Source of the DNA: Ignicoccus hospitalis KIN4/I
Lineage (GTDB): Archaea > Thermoproteota > Thermoprotei_A > Sulfolobales > Ignicoccaceae
Assembly: GCF_000017945.1 (NCBI RefSeq)
Contig: NC_009776.1
Coordinates: forward strand, 810,001-842,000
Reading direction: 5' to 3'
Length of the DNA: 32,000 bases
Both the position numbers and the translations under genes were made by a program. Numbering within the stretch: position 1 is the first letter of the stretch; each line of letters starts with the position of its first letter. The notes under the pieces are model-generated. The model searched no databases. It was given only the letters and a program-made list of their open reading frames with translations, and was not told where the DNA came from. Of this stretch, positions 9,018 to 16,888 are shown in pieces.

Positions 9018-10232
9018 GGCCCTCTTGAGCGCGGCCAGCTTGTGCTCGGTCTCCTCCCACTCCTTTAGGGGTACGGAATAGTAAACTATCCCCGCCCCGG
9101 CTTGGGCCCTCAGCAGCCCGGACCTCGCGAAGAAGCTCCTTATGGTTATTGCGAACTCCGCCTCCCCGCCGCTCACGAAGCCCACGGCCCCGGCGTAGGG
9201 ACCTCTTCTCAACGTCTCCAAGTTCCCTATGATCTCCATGGCAGCAGGCTTGGGGGCGCCGCTGACCGTGCCGGCGGGGAAGGTAGCGGCCAAGACGTCC
9301 TCGGGCCCGAAGAGAGGGTCGAGCTCGCTCTCTACTTTGCTCACTAAGTGTTGCACGTGGCTGTACTTCTCCACGTACATCATGTTAGTTACTCTGACCG
9401 TCCCCGGTCTCGACACCTTGCCCAAGTCGTTCCTCGCCAAGTCAACTAACATCAAGTGTTCGGCCCTCTCCTTGGGGTCTGACTTCAAGTCCTCCTCAAG
9501 TCTCAAGTCCTCCCACTCGTCCTTCCCCCTAGGGCGGGTGCCGGCTATGGGGAAGGTCTCCGCCCTCCCGCGCTCAACCCGGAACAAGAGCTCCGGCGAG
9601 CTCCCCAACACCTCGCCGCTCTTCATTCTCAAGTGGAACATGTAGGGCGACGGGTTAATTCTCCTCAACTCGAAGTAGAGCCTCCTCAAGTCCCCCTCGT
9701 AACGGTAGGTGTAGGACTTTGAGATGACCACTTGTATGGCTTCTCCCTCCTCCTCTAACCTCCTCACCTCCTCTACCCACTTCACGAAGACGTCCTTAGG
9801 AACGTCGAGCCTCTCGTCGAAAACTTTGAGCTCGGAGGGCTCGCCGACCCCGAGCTCGTCCTTGTTGACCCCGCAGAGGGAGGCGTGGCCAAGCACGTGG
9901 TCGTAGACGACGAACTTCTTTGGCACGACGAACTCGCCCCAAGGCCACCCCATGTCGTTAGCTCCCTTGTGCTTGACCCCCTCCCACGCCTCCACGGCTT
10001 CGTAGCTGACGTAGCCTATCGGGCCCCCCTTGTACAAGGTCCCCGTGTCCGCGTCCCCGCCCCTCAGCTCCCTCAACGCTTCCCTGACGTCCTCGCCTTC
10101 TTTGACGATTACGTCTACCTCCGGCTCCCACGCGACCAAGCTCAGACGCGCCTTGGTCTCGCCGCCGGCAGCGCTCTCCAATATTAAGGAAGGACCTTCC
10201 AAGGACGAGAAGAGCTCCGCGGGCTTGGGCAC
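8997..10232 (-). CDS. trpE: Anthranilate synthase component I
   Basis: PIGYVSYEAV, SPELLFRVERGRAETFPIAGTRPRG, MLVDLARNDLGKVSRPGTV, FPAGTVSGAPKPAAMEIIGNLE, GFVSGGEAEFAITIRS; GTG start. Confidence 0.93.
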   Translation of the reverse strand: MPKPAELFSSLEGPSLILESAAGGETKARLSLVAWEPEVDVIVKEGEDVREALRELRGGDADTGTLYKGGPIGYVSYEAVEAWEGVKHKGANDMGWPWGEFVVPKKFVVYDHVLGHASLCGVNKDELGVGEPSELKVFDERLDVPKDVFVKWVEEVRRLEEEGEAIQVVISKSYTYRYEGDLRRLYFELRRINPSPYMFHLRMKSGEVLGSSPELLFRVERGRAETFPIAGTRPRGKDEWEDLRLEEDLKSDPKERAEHLMLVDLARNDLGKVSRPGTVRVTNMMYVEKYSHVQHLVSKVESELDPLFGPEDVLAATFPAGTVSGAPKPAAMEIIGNLETLRRGPYAGAVGFVSGGEAEFAITIRSFFARSGLLRAQAGAGIVYYSVPLKEWEETEHKLAALKRALAPFLL

Positions 10233-10251
10233 CGAGGAGAGCGGGAGCCTC

Positions 10252-10836
10252 TCACAGCGCGAGGCCGATCACCTCTGCTACCTTCATTACCTTCTCGGGG
10301 TCCTTGACGCCGGGTTTAACCTCTACCCCGCTGCTGACGTCTATTAAGTCGGGCTTGAAGAGGGCCACGACCTCCTTGACGTTCTCTGGCGTCACCTTGC
10401 CGGCGACCCCCACCTTGGTCCACCGAGCGCCCCACGAGACGAACTTCTCTTCGAAACTCTTCTTGTCCCACAAGACGTATTCGGCCCCCGCGTACTTGAA
10501 GGGGGTTGCCCTCAGCGGGGCCACCGCGACCGAGACGCCGTAGCCCTCTAGGAGGAGCTTCGCCCTCAAGAAGGAGGACTCGTCCCCCCAGTGGAGCTGA
10601 ACCACCTTAACTCCCGAGTTAAGCACCTTGTCCAAGTCCAAGGGCTTTCTCGCGTCCACCACCCCGACGGGCTTTACGTGGGAGGGGAGTACCGAGGCCA
10701 CGTCCCGCGCGGCCTCCGGCCCCACGAGCCTCGGGGAGGGGGCGTCTATTATCACGCCCACGTAGCTCGCCCCGGCCTCTACGGCCACCTCGGCGTCCTC
10801 GGGGTTCGTGACCCCACACACCTTTAGCTCCGGCAA
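10252..10836 (-). CDS. trpF: Phosphoribosylanthranilate isomerase
   Basis: LPELKVCGVTNPEDAEVAVEAGASYVGVII...VGVVDARK...VVQLHWGDES...DVSSGVEVKPGVKD. Start revised from ORF-track 11016 to TTG at 10836, with GGAGGTGAGG (Shine-Dalgarno-like) just upstream. Confidence 0.88.
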   Translation of the reverse strand: MPELKVCGVTNPEDAEVAVEAGASYVGVIIDAPSPRLVGPEAARDVASVLPSHVKPVGVVDARKPLDLDKVLNSGVKVVQLHWGDESSFLRAKLLLEGYGVSVAVAPLRATPFKYAGAEYVLWDKKSFEEKFVSWGARWTKVGVAGKVTPENVKEVVALFKPDLIDVSSGVEVKPGVKDPEKVMKVAEVIGLAL

Positions 10837-10861
10837 GCCCTCACCTCCGGCAAGCGACGCT

Positions 10862-12037
10862 TTGAGGCTAAAGGCTGTGGCAACGGGCTTCGGCGGGATA
10901 TCGCTCGTAGCCGAGTGCGGCGAACCCTTCGCCTTGGACGCCGGGGTGGAGCCCGGCGTGGACAAGGTAATCTTGACCCACGCCCACTTGGACCACAGCT
11001 TAATGGCCCCTGGCAAGGAGGTCTACGCCACGCTCCCAACGCTTGCCTTGGCAAAGGAGTTGTGGTTGGACGCCAAGTCCCTCAACCCGGACCTCCCTTG
11101 GGAGGCGACTGACGTCCAGAAGACCTTGAACTCGTCCTTCCGGGTGCCTTACGGGAGACCCTTCAAGGTAGGGGATGCGACGGTCACTCTGTTCAACGCG
11201 GGCCACGTGTTGGGGAGCGCGATGGTGTTGGTGGAGTGTGAGGGGAAGAGGCTCCTCTACACCGGCGACTTGGGGACCTCGAGCTTCTTGCTAGACCACT
11301 GGTCGAAGGAGGTGCCACAGGCGGACGTGTTGGTGACGGAGAGCAGCTACTTGTGTAAGGATAGACCATCTGCGAAGAAGGAGTGGTCGAGGCTCTTGTA
11401 CTTCTTAAAGCAGAGGCTGCGGGAGGGGCCGGTGCTGATAGCGGCCAACGCAGTGGGAAAGGTTCAAGAGGTCATTAAGTTTCTTATGAACTATAAAGAA
11501 CAGATAGGGTTGAATGCAGTCATAGTCGAGGGTATGGGCTTCCGCGCTACGAAGATATACGACGAAATGATTGAGTATTTGAAGGAAAGCGAGGTGACGG
11601 CGTGGTTGAACGGGAACAGGAGGAGGCTAACGGACTTCGTAACTTTCCCGTCTTCTTTAAGAGAGAGGTTGGACATGGCGAGGCCCGGCACGGCGGTGGT
11701 CGCGCCTTCCGGCTCCCTGAGCGGGGGCATGAGCGTCTGGTGGGCGCTCAAGGGGGTGCCGTACGTCTTGTTGGGCCACGTGTTCGAGCCGGCCTCCTCC
11801 CTCCTAGCGGGCGGGGAGGTAACGTTGAAGGACCCCTTGGGCAACGAGGGCGTCGTGAGGCCGCCGGAGCTGCACTTGCAGATCTCCAGGCACGCGACGA
11901 GGCAAGAGCTCTTGCAATTTATCTCCCTTACAAAGGCCAAGGAAGTCTACTTGGTCCACGGGGACGAGGAGTGTAGGAGCGAGGCAGAGCGCATGGGCTT
12001 TCACAACCTAAAGGACGGGGAGGAGCTCACATTCTAG
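10862..12037 (+). CDS. Beta-CASP/metallo-beta-lactamase family nuclease-like protein
   Basis: VILTHAHLDHS (HxHxDH), LFNAGHVLGSAMVLVECEGKRLLYTGDLG, YLVHGDEECRSEAERMGF. Start revised from GTG 10808 to TTG 10862 because the upstream part overlaps the trpF 5' end. Confidence 0.85.
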   Translation: MRLKAVATGFGGISLVAECGEPFALDAGVEPGVDKVILTHAHLDHSLMAPGKEVYATLPTLALAKELWLDAKSLNPDLPWEATDVQKTLNSSFRVPYGRPFKVGDATVTLFNAGHVLGSAMVLVECEGKRLLYTGDLGTSSFLLDHWSKEVPQADVLVTESSYLCKDRPSAKKEWSRLLYFLKQRLREGPVLIAANAVGKVQEVIKFLMNYKEQIGLNAVIVEGMGFRATKIYDEMIEYLKESEVTAWLNGNRRRLTDFVTFPSSLRERLDMARPGTAVVAPSGSLSGGMSVWWALKGVPYVLLGHVFEPASSLLAGGEVTLKDPLGNEGVVRPPELHLQISRHATRQELLQFISLTKAKEVYLVHGDEECRSEAERMGFHNLKDGEELTF

Positions 12038-13895
12038 CCGGCGCCTCCACCCCCAACAGCCACAGCCCCCTCCTTATCGTGTTCGCCACTGCCTTCACCA
12101 AGGCCAACTTTAGGTTTCTCAGGCCTTCGTCCGGCTCCTTCGCGACGGGCTCTTTGTGGTAGAACTCGTTGAACTTGTCCGCCAAGGAGAGCAAGTACGT
12201 CGCTATTAGGTCCGGCTTTAAGTCCTCTGCTGCCTTCCTCGCGACCTCGGGAAACTCCGCTATACTCAATATCATGTCCTTGTACTTCTCCGCCTTGGAG
12301 TAGTCCGCCCTCTCCAAGTCCGGCTCCCCGCCCTTCCGGAGTATCCCCACGGCCCTAGCGTAGGTGTACTGGAGGTAGGGGGCAGAGTTCCTCTCGAAGT
12401 TCAAGACCTCCTCCCACTTAAACGTTATGGGTTTTTCTGGAGACACCGAGACCATTGCGAACTTCACAGCTCCCACGGCTACCTTCTTGACGACCTCGTC
12501 CACGTCCTCGGCCTCGCTCCTCCCCTCTACGAGCTCCCTCACCCTCCTCTCCGCCTCGTCCAACAACCAGTCCAAGGTTATCATCCTCCCCCTCCTGCCG
12601 CTCATCTTCATTCCGGGAACGTTCACCATTTCGTATGCGTAGTGGATCAAGTTCTCAGCGTACTCCTTGAAGCCGAGCTCCCAGAGGGCCAGCCTCAGCT
12701 GGATCTGGGGGAGCCTCTGCTCGGCGGCTATCACGTTTATCACCCTATCCGCCCTGAACTCTTCGAACTTCTTTATCGTGTAGGCAATATCCCTCGTGGT
12801 GTAGAGCGTAGTCCCGTCAGACCTCTTGAGGACCAGCGGGGGTATCTGGAGGCCCTTGGGTATTCTTAACCTCCTCCGGACCTCGTCGTTCAAGTTCTTG
12901 AAGACCATCACAAGGGCCCCGTCCTTTTCGATTACCAAGCCCTTCTCCTTTGCCATGTTTATTATCTTATCAACCTCGCCGCTCCAAACCAAGTCGCTCT
13001 CCCAGTCCCACTTGTCCACATTCACTCCGACCCTCTCCATAGTCTCTTTGAACCCTTTCAACACTTCATTAACTACCTTCCTGAAGGTTTCCTTCACCTC
13101 CGGGTCACCCTCTTCGTACTTCTTCATTAGTTCCGAGACCTTGGCCTCTGGGTCCTCGTCGTCGAACTTCTCTTTCATCTCCCTCACTATTTCCGGCCAC
13201 TTGCTCTCGAGCTCTTTCAGCACCTCTTCCCACTCCTTCTTCTCATCGTCGCCCTTCGAGGGCGAGTTCAGCTCCACGAGGGCGTTCGCTACGCTGTAGA
13301 CTTTCCCGTACCAGTGGTCCGGCTTCTCCCCTTCCGGGGGCTCAAGCCTTCCGAGCTTCAACAGCCCGTAAACCAACACGGCCACTTGTCTCCCCATGTC
13401 GTTTATGTAGAACCGGGACTGCACGTCGGCTCCCCAGTTCTTCAGTATCCTGACCAAAGAATCGCCCAGGAACATGTTCCTTGCATGCCCGACGTGTAAG
13501 GGGTGCACGGGGTTGGCCGAGGTGTGCTCTACGACGAGGCGCCCGCTGAAGGACCACTTGCCGTAGTCCTCTCTGGAGGCCTCTCGGAGCGCCCTCTCCG
13601 CCAACCAAGACGGCTCCAACTCTACGTTCAAGAACCCCCCTATGGCTTTAACCTCCTTGACGCCGGCCAACCTCCCTTCTATCTCCCCCTTCAGCTCCGA
13701 CGTGAGCTCCTCGGGTCTGAGTCCCAACTTCTTCGCGTATCTGAAGAGCGAGACTCCCAAGTCGCCCATCTCTGGACTGGGGGGCCTCCCGGCCAGCCTC
13801 TCCAGCTCTTCCTCTTCTACCTCAAGCCCCCTCCTCTTCAGTGCCTCAGCAATTAGCTTTAGAAAATTCGACTTCGTCTCGCTCAAAACGTACAA
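12027..13895 (-). CDS. argS: Arginyl-tRNA synthetase
   Basis: VVEHTSANPVHPLHVGHARNMFLGDSLVRIL, TTLYTTRDIAYTIKKF, GMKMSGRRGRMITLDWLLDEA, ANTIRRGLWLLGVEAPARM. Confidence 0.96.
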   Translation of the reverse strand: MYVLSETKSNFLKLIAEALKRRGLEVEEEELERLAGRPPSPEMGDLGVSLFRYAKKLGLRPEELTSELKGEIEGRLAGVKEVKAIGGFLNVELEPSWLAERALREASREDYGKWSFSGRLVVEHTSANPVHPLHVGHARNMFLGDSLVRILKNWGADVQSRFYINDMGRQVAVLVYGLLKLGRLEPPEGEKPDHWYGKVYSVANALVELNSPSKGDDEKKEWEEVLKELESKWPEIVREMKEKFDDEDPEAKVSELMKKYEEGDPEVKETFRKVVNEVLKGFKETMERVGVNVDKWDWESDLVWSGEVDKIINMAKEKGLVIEKDGALVMVFKNLNDEVRRRLRIPKGLQIPPLVLKRSDGTTLYTTRDIAYTIKKFEEFRADRVINVIAAEQRLPQIQLRLALWELGFKEYAENLIHYAYEMVNVPGMKMSGRRGRMITLDWLLDEAERRVRELVEGRSEAEDVDEVVKKVAVGAVKFAMVSVSPEKPITFKWEEVLNFERNSAPYLQYTYARAVGILRKGGEPDLERADYSKAEKYKDMILSIAEFPEVARKAAEDLKPDLIATYLLSLADKFNEFYHKEPVAKEPDEGLRNLKLALVKAVANTIRRGLWLLGVEAPARM

Positions 13896-13922
13896 GCATT
13901 TTCCCCCGCGACGGGCGATTGA

Positions 13923-13931
13923 AACTTAAAG
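13923..13931. promoter_or_regulatory. Shared divergent TATA element for argS (-) and the C/D sRNA (+)
   Basis: Near-palindromic AACTTAAAG (CTTTAAGTT on the minus strand), centre about 13928. About 26 nt rightwards reaches the predicted sRNA 5' end (about 13954); about 26 nt leftwards reaches about 13902, just before the argS TTG at 13895. Confidence 0.55.
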
Positions 13932-13953
13932 GCTTATGACGACTCGCGCCCGA

Positions 13954-14013
13954 GGCCCAGTGAAGAGTACTCCCGGAGCTGAAGGGTGAGGAGAAGGCAT
14001 TTGTCTGAGGGAT
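13954..14013 (+). ncRNA. C/D-box sRNA (2'-O-methylation guide), dual guide
   Basis: Terminal stem CCC (13956-13958); C box G-TGAAGA (13960-13966); 12-nt guide GTACTCCCGGAG; D' CTGA (13979-13982); 4-nt spacer AGGG; C' TGAGGA (13987-13992); 12-nt guide GAAGGCATTTGT; D CTGA (14005-14008); GGG (14009-14011) pairing with CCC. Confidence 0.82.
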
Positions 14014-14138
14014 GAGCGGGATTGCACGTCCCGGAGCGGTGACGAACCTCCACCGGCGGCGACCGGTTCCGTACATTGAGAAACCTTTCTACTTACTTAA
14101 ATATCGCTCCCCAAGGAAACTACTCTGGGTATCGGGGT

Positions 14139-14510
14139 TTGGCGGCTGAGACGCCCTTGAAGATAGTATTGAACGAGATGATAAGGGTAGAGGGCATAAG
14201 GGCAGTGCTGGTGGTCTCCAAGGATGGCTTCCTGATCGACTACGTATCTCAAATGGGGAAGGAGATAGACCCCGAAAGCGTCGCGGCGATGGTGGTGAGC
14301 GTTTACGGCGCCCTACAGAGGTTCGCCGAGGAGTTCAACCTAGGAGAGATGGACATGGCCACTGCCGAGTACAGCCGAAACATGATGCTCCTCACCGACA
14401 TAGGCGACGCTATGGTAGTCGTGATCACTGACAGAACTGCGCTGCTGGGCAGGATAAGGTACGAATTGAAGAAGCAGAAGGACAGGCTCAAAGCCGCGCT
14501 GGCCGCCTAG
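14139..14510 (+). CDS. Roadblock/LC7 (MglB-like) domain protein
   Basis: LKIVLNEMIRVEGIRAVLVVSKDGFLIDYVSQMG...VAAMVVSVYGALQRFAEEFNLGE...VVVITDRTALLGRIRYELKKQKDRLK. Start moved from 14076 to TTG 14139 because a TATA (CTTAAATATC, about 14097-14105) lies inside the longer ORF. Confidence 0.8.
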   Translation: MAAETPLKIVLNEMIRVEGIRAVLVVSKDGFLIDYVSQMGKEIDPESVAAMVVSVYGALQRFAEEFNLGEMDMATAEYSRNMMLLTDIGDAMVVVITDRTALLGRIRYELKKQKDRLKAALAA

Positions 14511-14524
14511 CCCGGGGGAGGGGC

Positions 14525-14782
14525 ATGAGTTACGAGGAAGAACCTTTCCTTTTTGGGGAGAGCGAGACCACGGAGGAGGCCCCGCTCGTAGAGGAGGAAG
14601 AGGGAACCAAGGCTCCCACGACGGAGCGCTTCCCGCTGGAAGCCTACGAGATCTCGGTGGAGCTAGCCGACCTGTGGGACGGCGCCATAGAGGGTAAGGT
14701 CAGCTTAGAAGAGTTGAAGGAAACCATGCAAGCTCTCCAGTCCCTCGTCTCTACCGGGAGGAGGCGGAGGCGGAGGAGGTGA
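14525..14782 (+). CDS. Small acidic protein with basic C-terminal tail, probably co-transcribed with the roadblock gene
   Basis: 85-aa ORF 14 bp downstream of the roadblock gene; ATG preceded by GGGGGAGGGG; ends in GRRRRRRR. Confidence 0.65.
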   Translation: MSYEEEPFLFGESETTEEAPLVEEEEGTKAPTTERFPLEAYEISVELADLWDGAIEGKVSLEELKETMQALQSLVSTGRRRRRRR

Positions 14783-14888
14783 GGCCCCTAAGGGTGCAAG
14801 CTCTGAGGGCCGGAATGATGAACCGGTCTTAAGGCCGATCCGCGCAACACAAAAAATCCTCCTCCTCTTCTCTCGCCGGGTCCTAATC

Positions 14889-16148
14889 ATGCCGAAAACC
14901 ATGGCAGAGAAGATACTCGGCAGGGCCAGCGGCAAGGACGTGAGTCCCGGAGAGATCGTAGAGGCCAATGTGGACTTAGCCATGGTTCACGACTTGACCG
15001 GCCCCCACGTGGTGGAGGTGGTTGAGGAGATAGCGGGGGAGGTTAGGGTCTGGGACCCCGACAAGGTCGCCATAATATTCGACCACCACGTGCCCGCCGA
15101 CAAGATAAGGGCGGCGGAGCTCCAAGCGATAATGAGGAAGGTGGCTAGGAAGCTCGGCATAAAGAAGTTCCACGACGTGGGGAGAGGGGGGATTTGCCAC
15201 CAAGTGTTGGTGGAGGAGCGCTACGCGAGGCCCGGGATGCTGATAGTAGGCGCGGACTCCCACACGGTGACCTCCGGGGCGGTGGGGGCCTTCGCGACTG
15301 GTATCGGGGCGAGCGACATGGCCATGGTCTGGCTCACGGGCAAGCTCTGGTTCAAGGTGCCCGAGTCTATAAAAGTCAACGTTACGGGCGAGCTGCCCAA
15401 GGGCGTCTACGCGAAGGACGTAATACTTCATATAATAGGCACCGTAACCGTTGACGGCGCCACTTACAAGGCCGTGGAGTACCACGGAGACACAATCAAG
15501 AGGATGAACATAGCAGACAGGATGACGCTGGCCAACATGAGCGTTGAGATGGGCGCCAAGGCAGGCATGGTCCCCGCAGACGAGGTTACGGTCAAGTTCT
15601 TCGAGGAGGCCGGCATAAGCGTTAAGCCCTTCGGCCCCGACCCGGGAGCTCAGTACGAGGACGTTTGGGAGTTCGACGTGAGTAAGCTGGAACCTCAAGT
15701 GGCGGTGCCCCACAGCGTGGACAACGTCGTCGCGGTGGGCGAGGTGGAGGGAACTCCCATCGACCAAGCCTTCATAGGCAGCTGCACCAACGGGCGTTAC
15801 GAGGACTTCGTGGAGGCGGCGAAGATACTGAAGGGGAGGAAGGTAGCTCCCGGGGTTAGGTGCATAGCCATACCCGCCTCCTTGAAGCAGTACATGAGGC
15901 TACTCAAGGAAGGCATAATTGACATCTTAACCGAGGCGGGCTGCTTCGTCGCCCACAGCACTTGTGGTCCGTGCCTCGGAGGACACTTAGGGGTGTTGGG
16001 GCCCGGCGAGGTGGCGATATCCTCCAGCAACAGGAACTTCAAGGGCAGGATGGGCCACCCGGAGAGCAAGGTCTACTTAGCTAGCCCCGCCACCGTAGCG
16101 GCAAGCGCGGTGGAGGGCAAGATAGCTGACCCGCGGAAGTACCTCTGA
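14889..16148 (+). CDS. leuC: 3-isopropylmalate dehydratase / homoaconitase-type large subunit
   Basis: MAEKILGRASG, FDHHVPADKI, GVRGG-like GRGGICHQV, GADSHTVTSGAVGAFATGIG, FIGSCTNGRYEDF, AGCFVAHSTCGPCLGGHLGVL, SSNRNFKGRMGHPESKVYLASPATVAASAVEGKIADP. Confidence 0.93.
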   Translation: MPKTMAEKILGRASGKDVSPGEIVEANVDLAMVHDLTGPHVVEVVEEIAGEVRVWDPDKVAIIFDHHVPADKIRAAELQAIMRKVARKLGIKKFHDVGRGGICHQVLVEERYARPGMLIVGADSHTVTSGAVGAFATGIGASDMAMVWLTGKLWFKVPESIKVNVTGELPKGVYAKDVILHIIGTVTVDGATYKAVEYHGDTIKRMNIADRMTLANMSVEMGAKAGMVPADEVTVKFFEEAGISVKPFGPDPGAQYEDVWEFDVSKLEPQVAVPHSVDNVVAVGEVEGTPIDQAFIGSCTNGRYEDFVEAAKILKGRKVAPGVRCIAIPASLKQYMRLLKEGIIDILTEAGCFVAHSTCGPCLGGHLGVLGPGEVAISSSNRNFKGRMGHPESKVYLASPATVAASAVEGKIADPRKYL

Positions 16149-16201
16149 GGTCCTCGGTGAGGCTAGGGGCTCTTCACCGCTCCGGACCGGCCTGGTGGTC
16201 C

Positions 16202-16888
16202 TCATCGGACCCCGAGGGCCGCGGCCAGCTCGCGGGGGGATTTCAACACCCTGGCCCACTTCTCCAACTTTTTCAGTATTTCTAGCTCCAACTCGTGGAC
16301 TTCGAAGGGCGCCTCGGAGAAGCATGATATAGCCCCGAACGGGCACTTGCCCACGCAAGCCTCGCACCCCACGCACCTCTCCAAGAGTATTCGCCTAACT
16401 CTGTCCCCCACTATCGCTCCGGTGGGACACGAGGCTTGGGGAGGACAAGCCTCGCACCCCACGCAGTCGTTAATGACGCACGGTAGGGTGGTAGACTTCA
16501 CCCAAGGGGCGTCCGTCGGCAAGGCCAAGATCTCCACTCCGGCCTTCCTAGCCATGGCTAAAGCCGTAGTAACCAAGTTGTCTGCTATTCCTAACACGAA
16601 CTTCGCTGCGGTGTTCGCAGTCATGGGGGCCACTACCACCGCGTCGTAAGCCCTCCGCATCACTCTCCCGTAGACGTGGGAGAGGGGCTTCGGGTCCACC
16701 TCCAGCTCCCTGTAGTAACCCCCTGTAGCTACCTCGAACTTCTTCAAGACGCCGTAGAGCTTCGCCACCTCGTAGCCTGCCTTACTAAATATTACCGTCA
16801 CTTGTGCCCTCTTAGCTAGCTTCTCAAAGACCTCGGCGCTCTCCCTCATCCAGTGCCCAGCGCCCGTAACCGCCCAGAGCACCTTCAA
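16202..16888 (-). CDS. Archaeoflavoprotein / dihydromethanopterin reductase-like flavoprotein fused to a 2x[4Fe-4S] ferredoxin domain
   Basis: MKVLWAVTGAGHWMRES...VVVAPMTANTAAKFVLGIADNLVTTALAMA, then CVINDCVGCEACPPQASCP and CVGCEACVGKCPFGAI. Confidence 0.82.
   Translation of the reverse strand: MKVLWAVTGAGHWMRESAEVFEKLAKRAQVTVIFSKAGYEVAKLYGVLKKFEVATGGYYRELEVDPKPLSHVYGRVMRRAYDAVVVAPMTANTAAKFVLGIADNLVTTALAMARKAGVEILALPTDAPWVKSTTLPCVINDCVGCEACPPQASCPTGAIVGDRVRRILLERCVGCEACVGKCPFGAISCFSEAPFEVHELELEILKKLEKWARVLKSPRELAAALGVR

Noticed and set aside
10837-11016. N-terminal extension of the trpF ORF up to 11016 in the ORF track
   Set aside because: The TIM-barrel N-terminus (LPELKVCGVTN) begins at a TTG with an upstream GGAGGTGAGG. 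The extra sequence is antisense to the beta-CASP CDS.
13936-13942. ATGACGA considered as the C box of a C/D sRNA
   Set aside because: It gives only 7-8 nt before any D'-like sequence. The register starting at GTGAAGA gives exact 12/4/12 spacing and a terminal stem.
14076-14138. Start at 14076 for the roadblock gene
   Set aside because: A clear TATA-like CTTAAATATC lies within the extension, so the mRNA most likely begins after it.
16149-16201. Possible C/D sRNA in the leuC/flavoprotein convergent gap (GTGAAGA and CCGA on the minus strand)
   Set aside because: Spacing is off by one, only one box pair is present, D is degenerate and there is no terminal stem.
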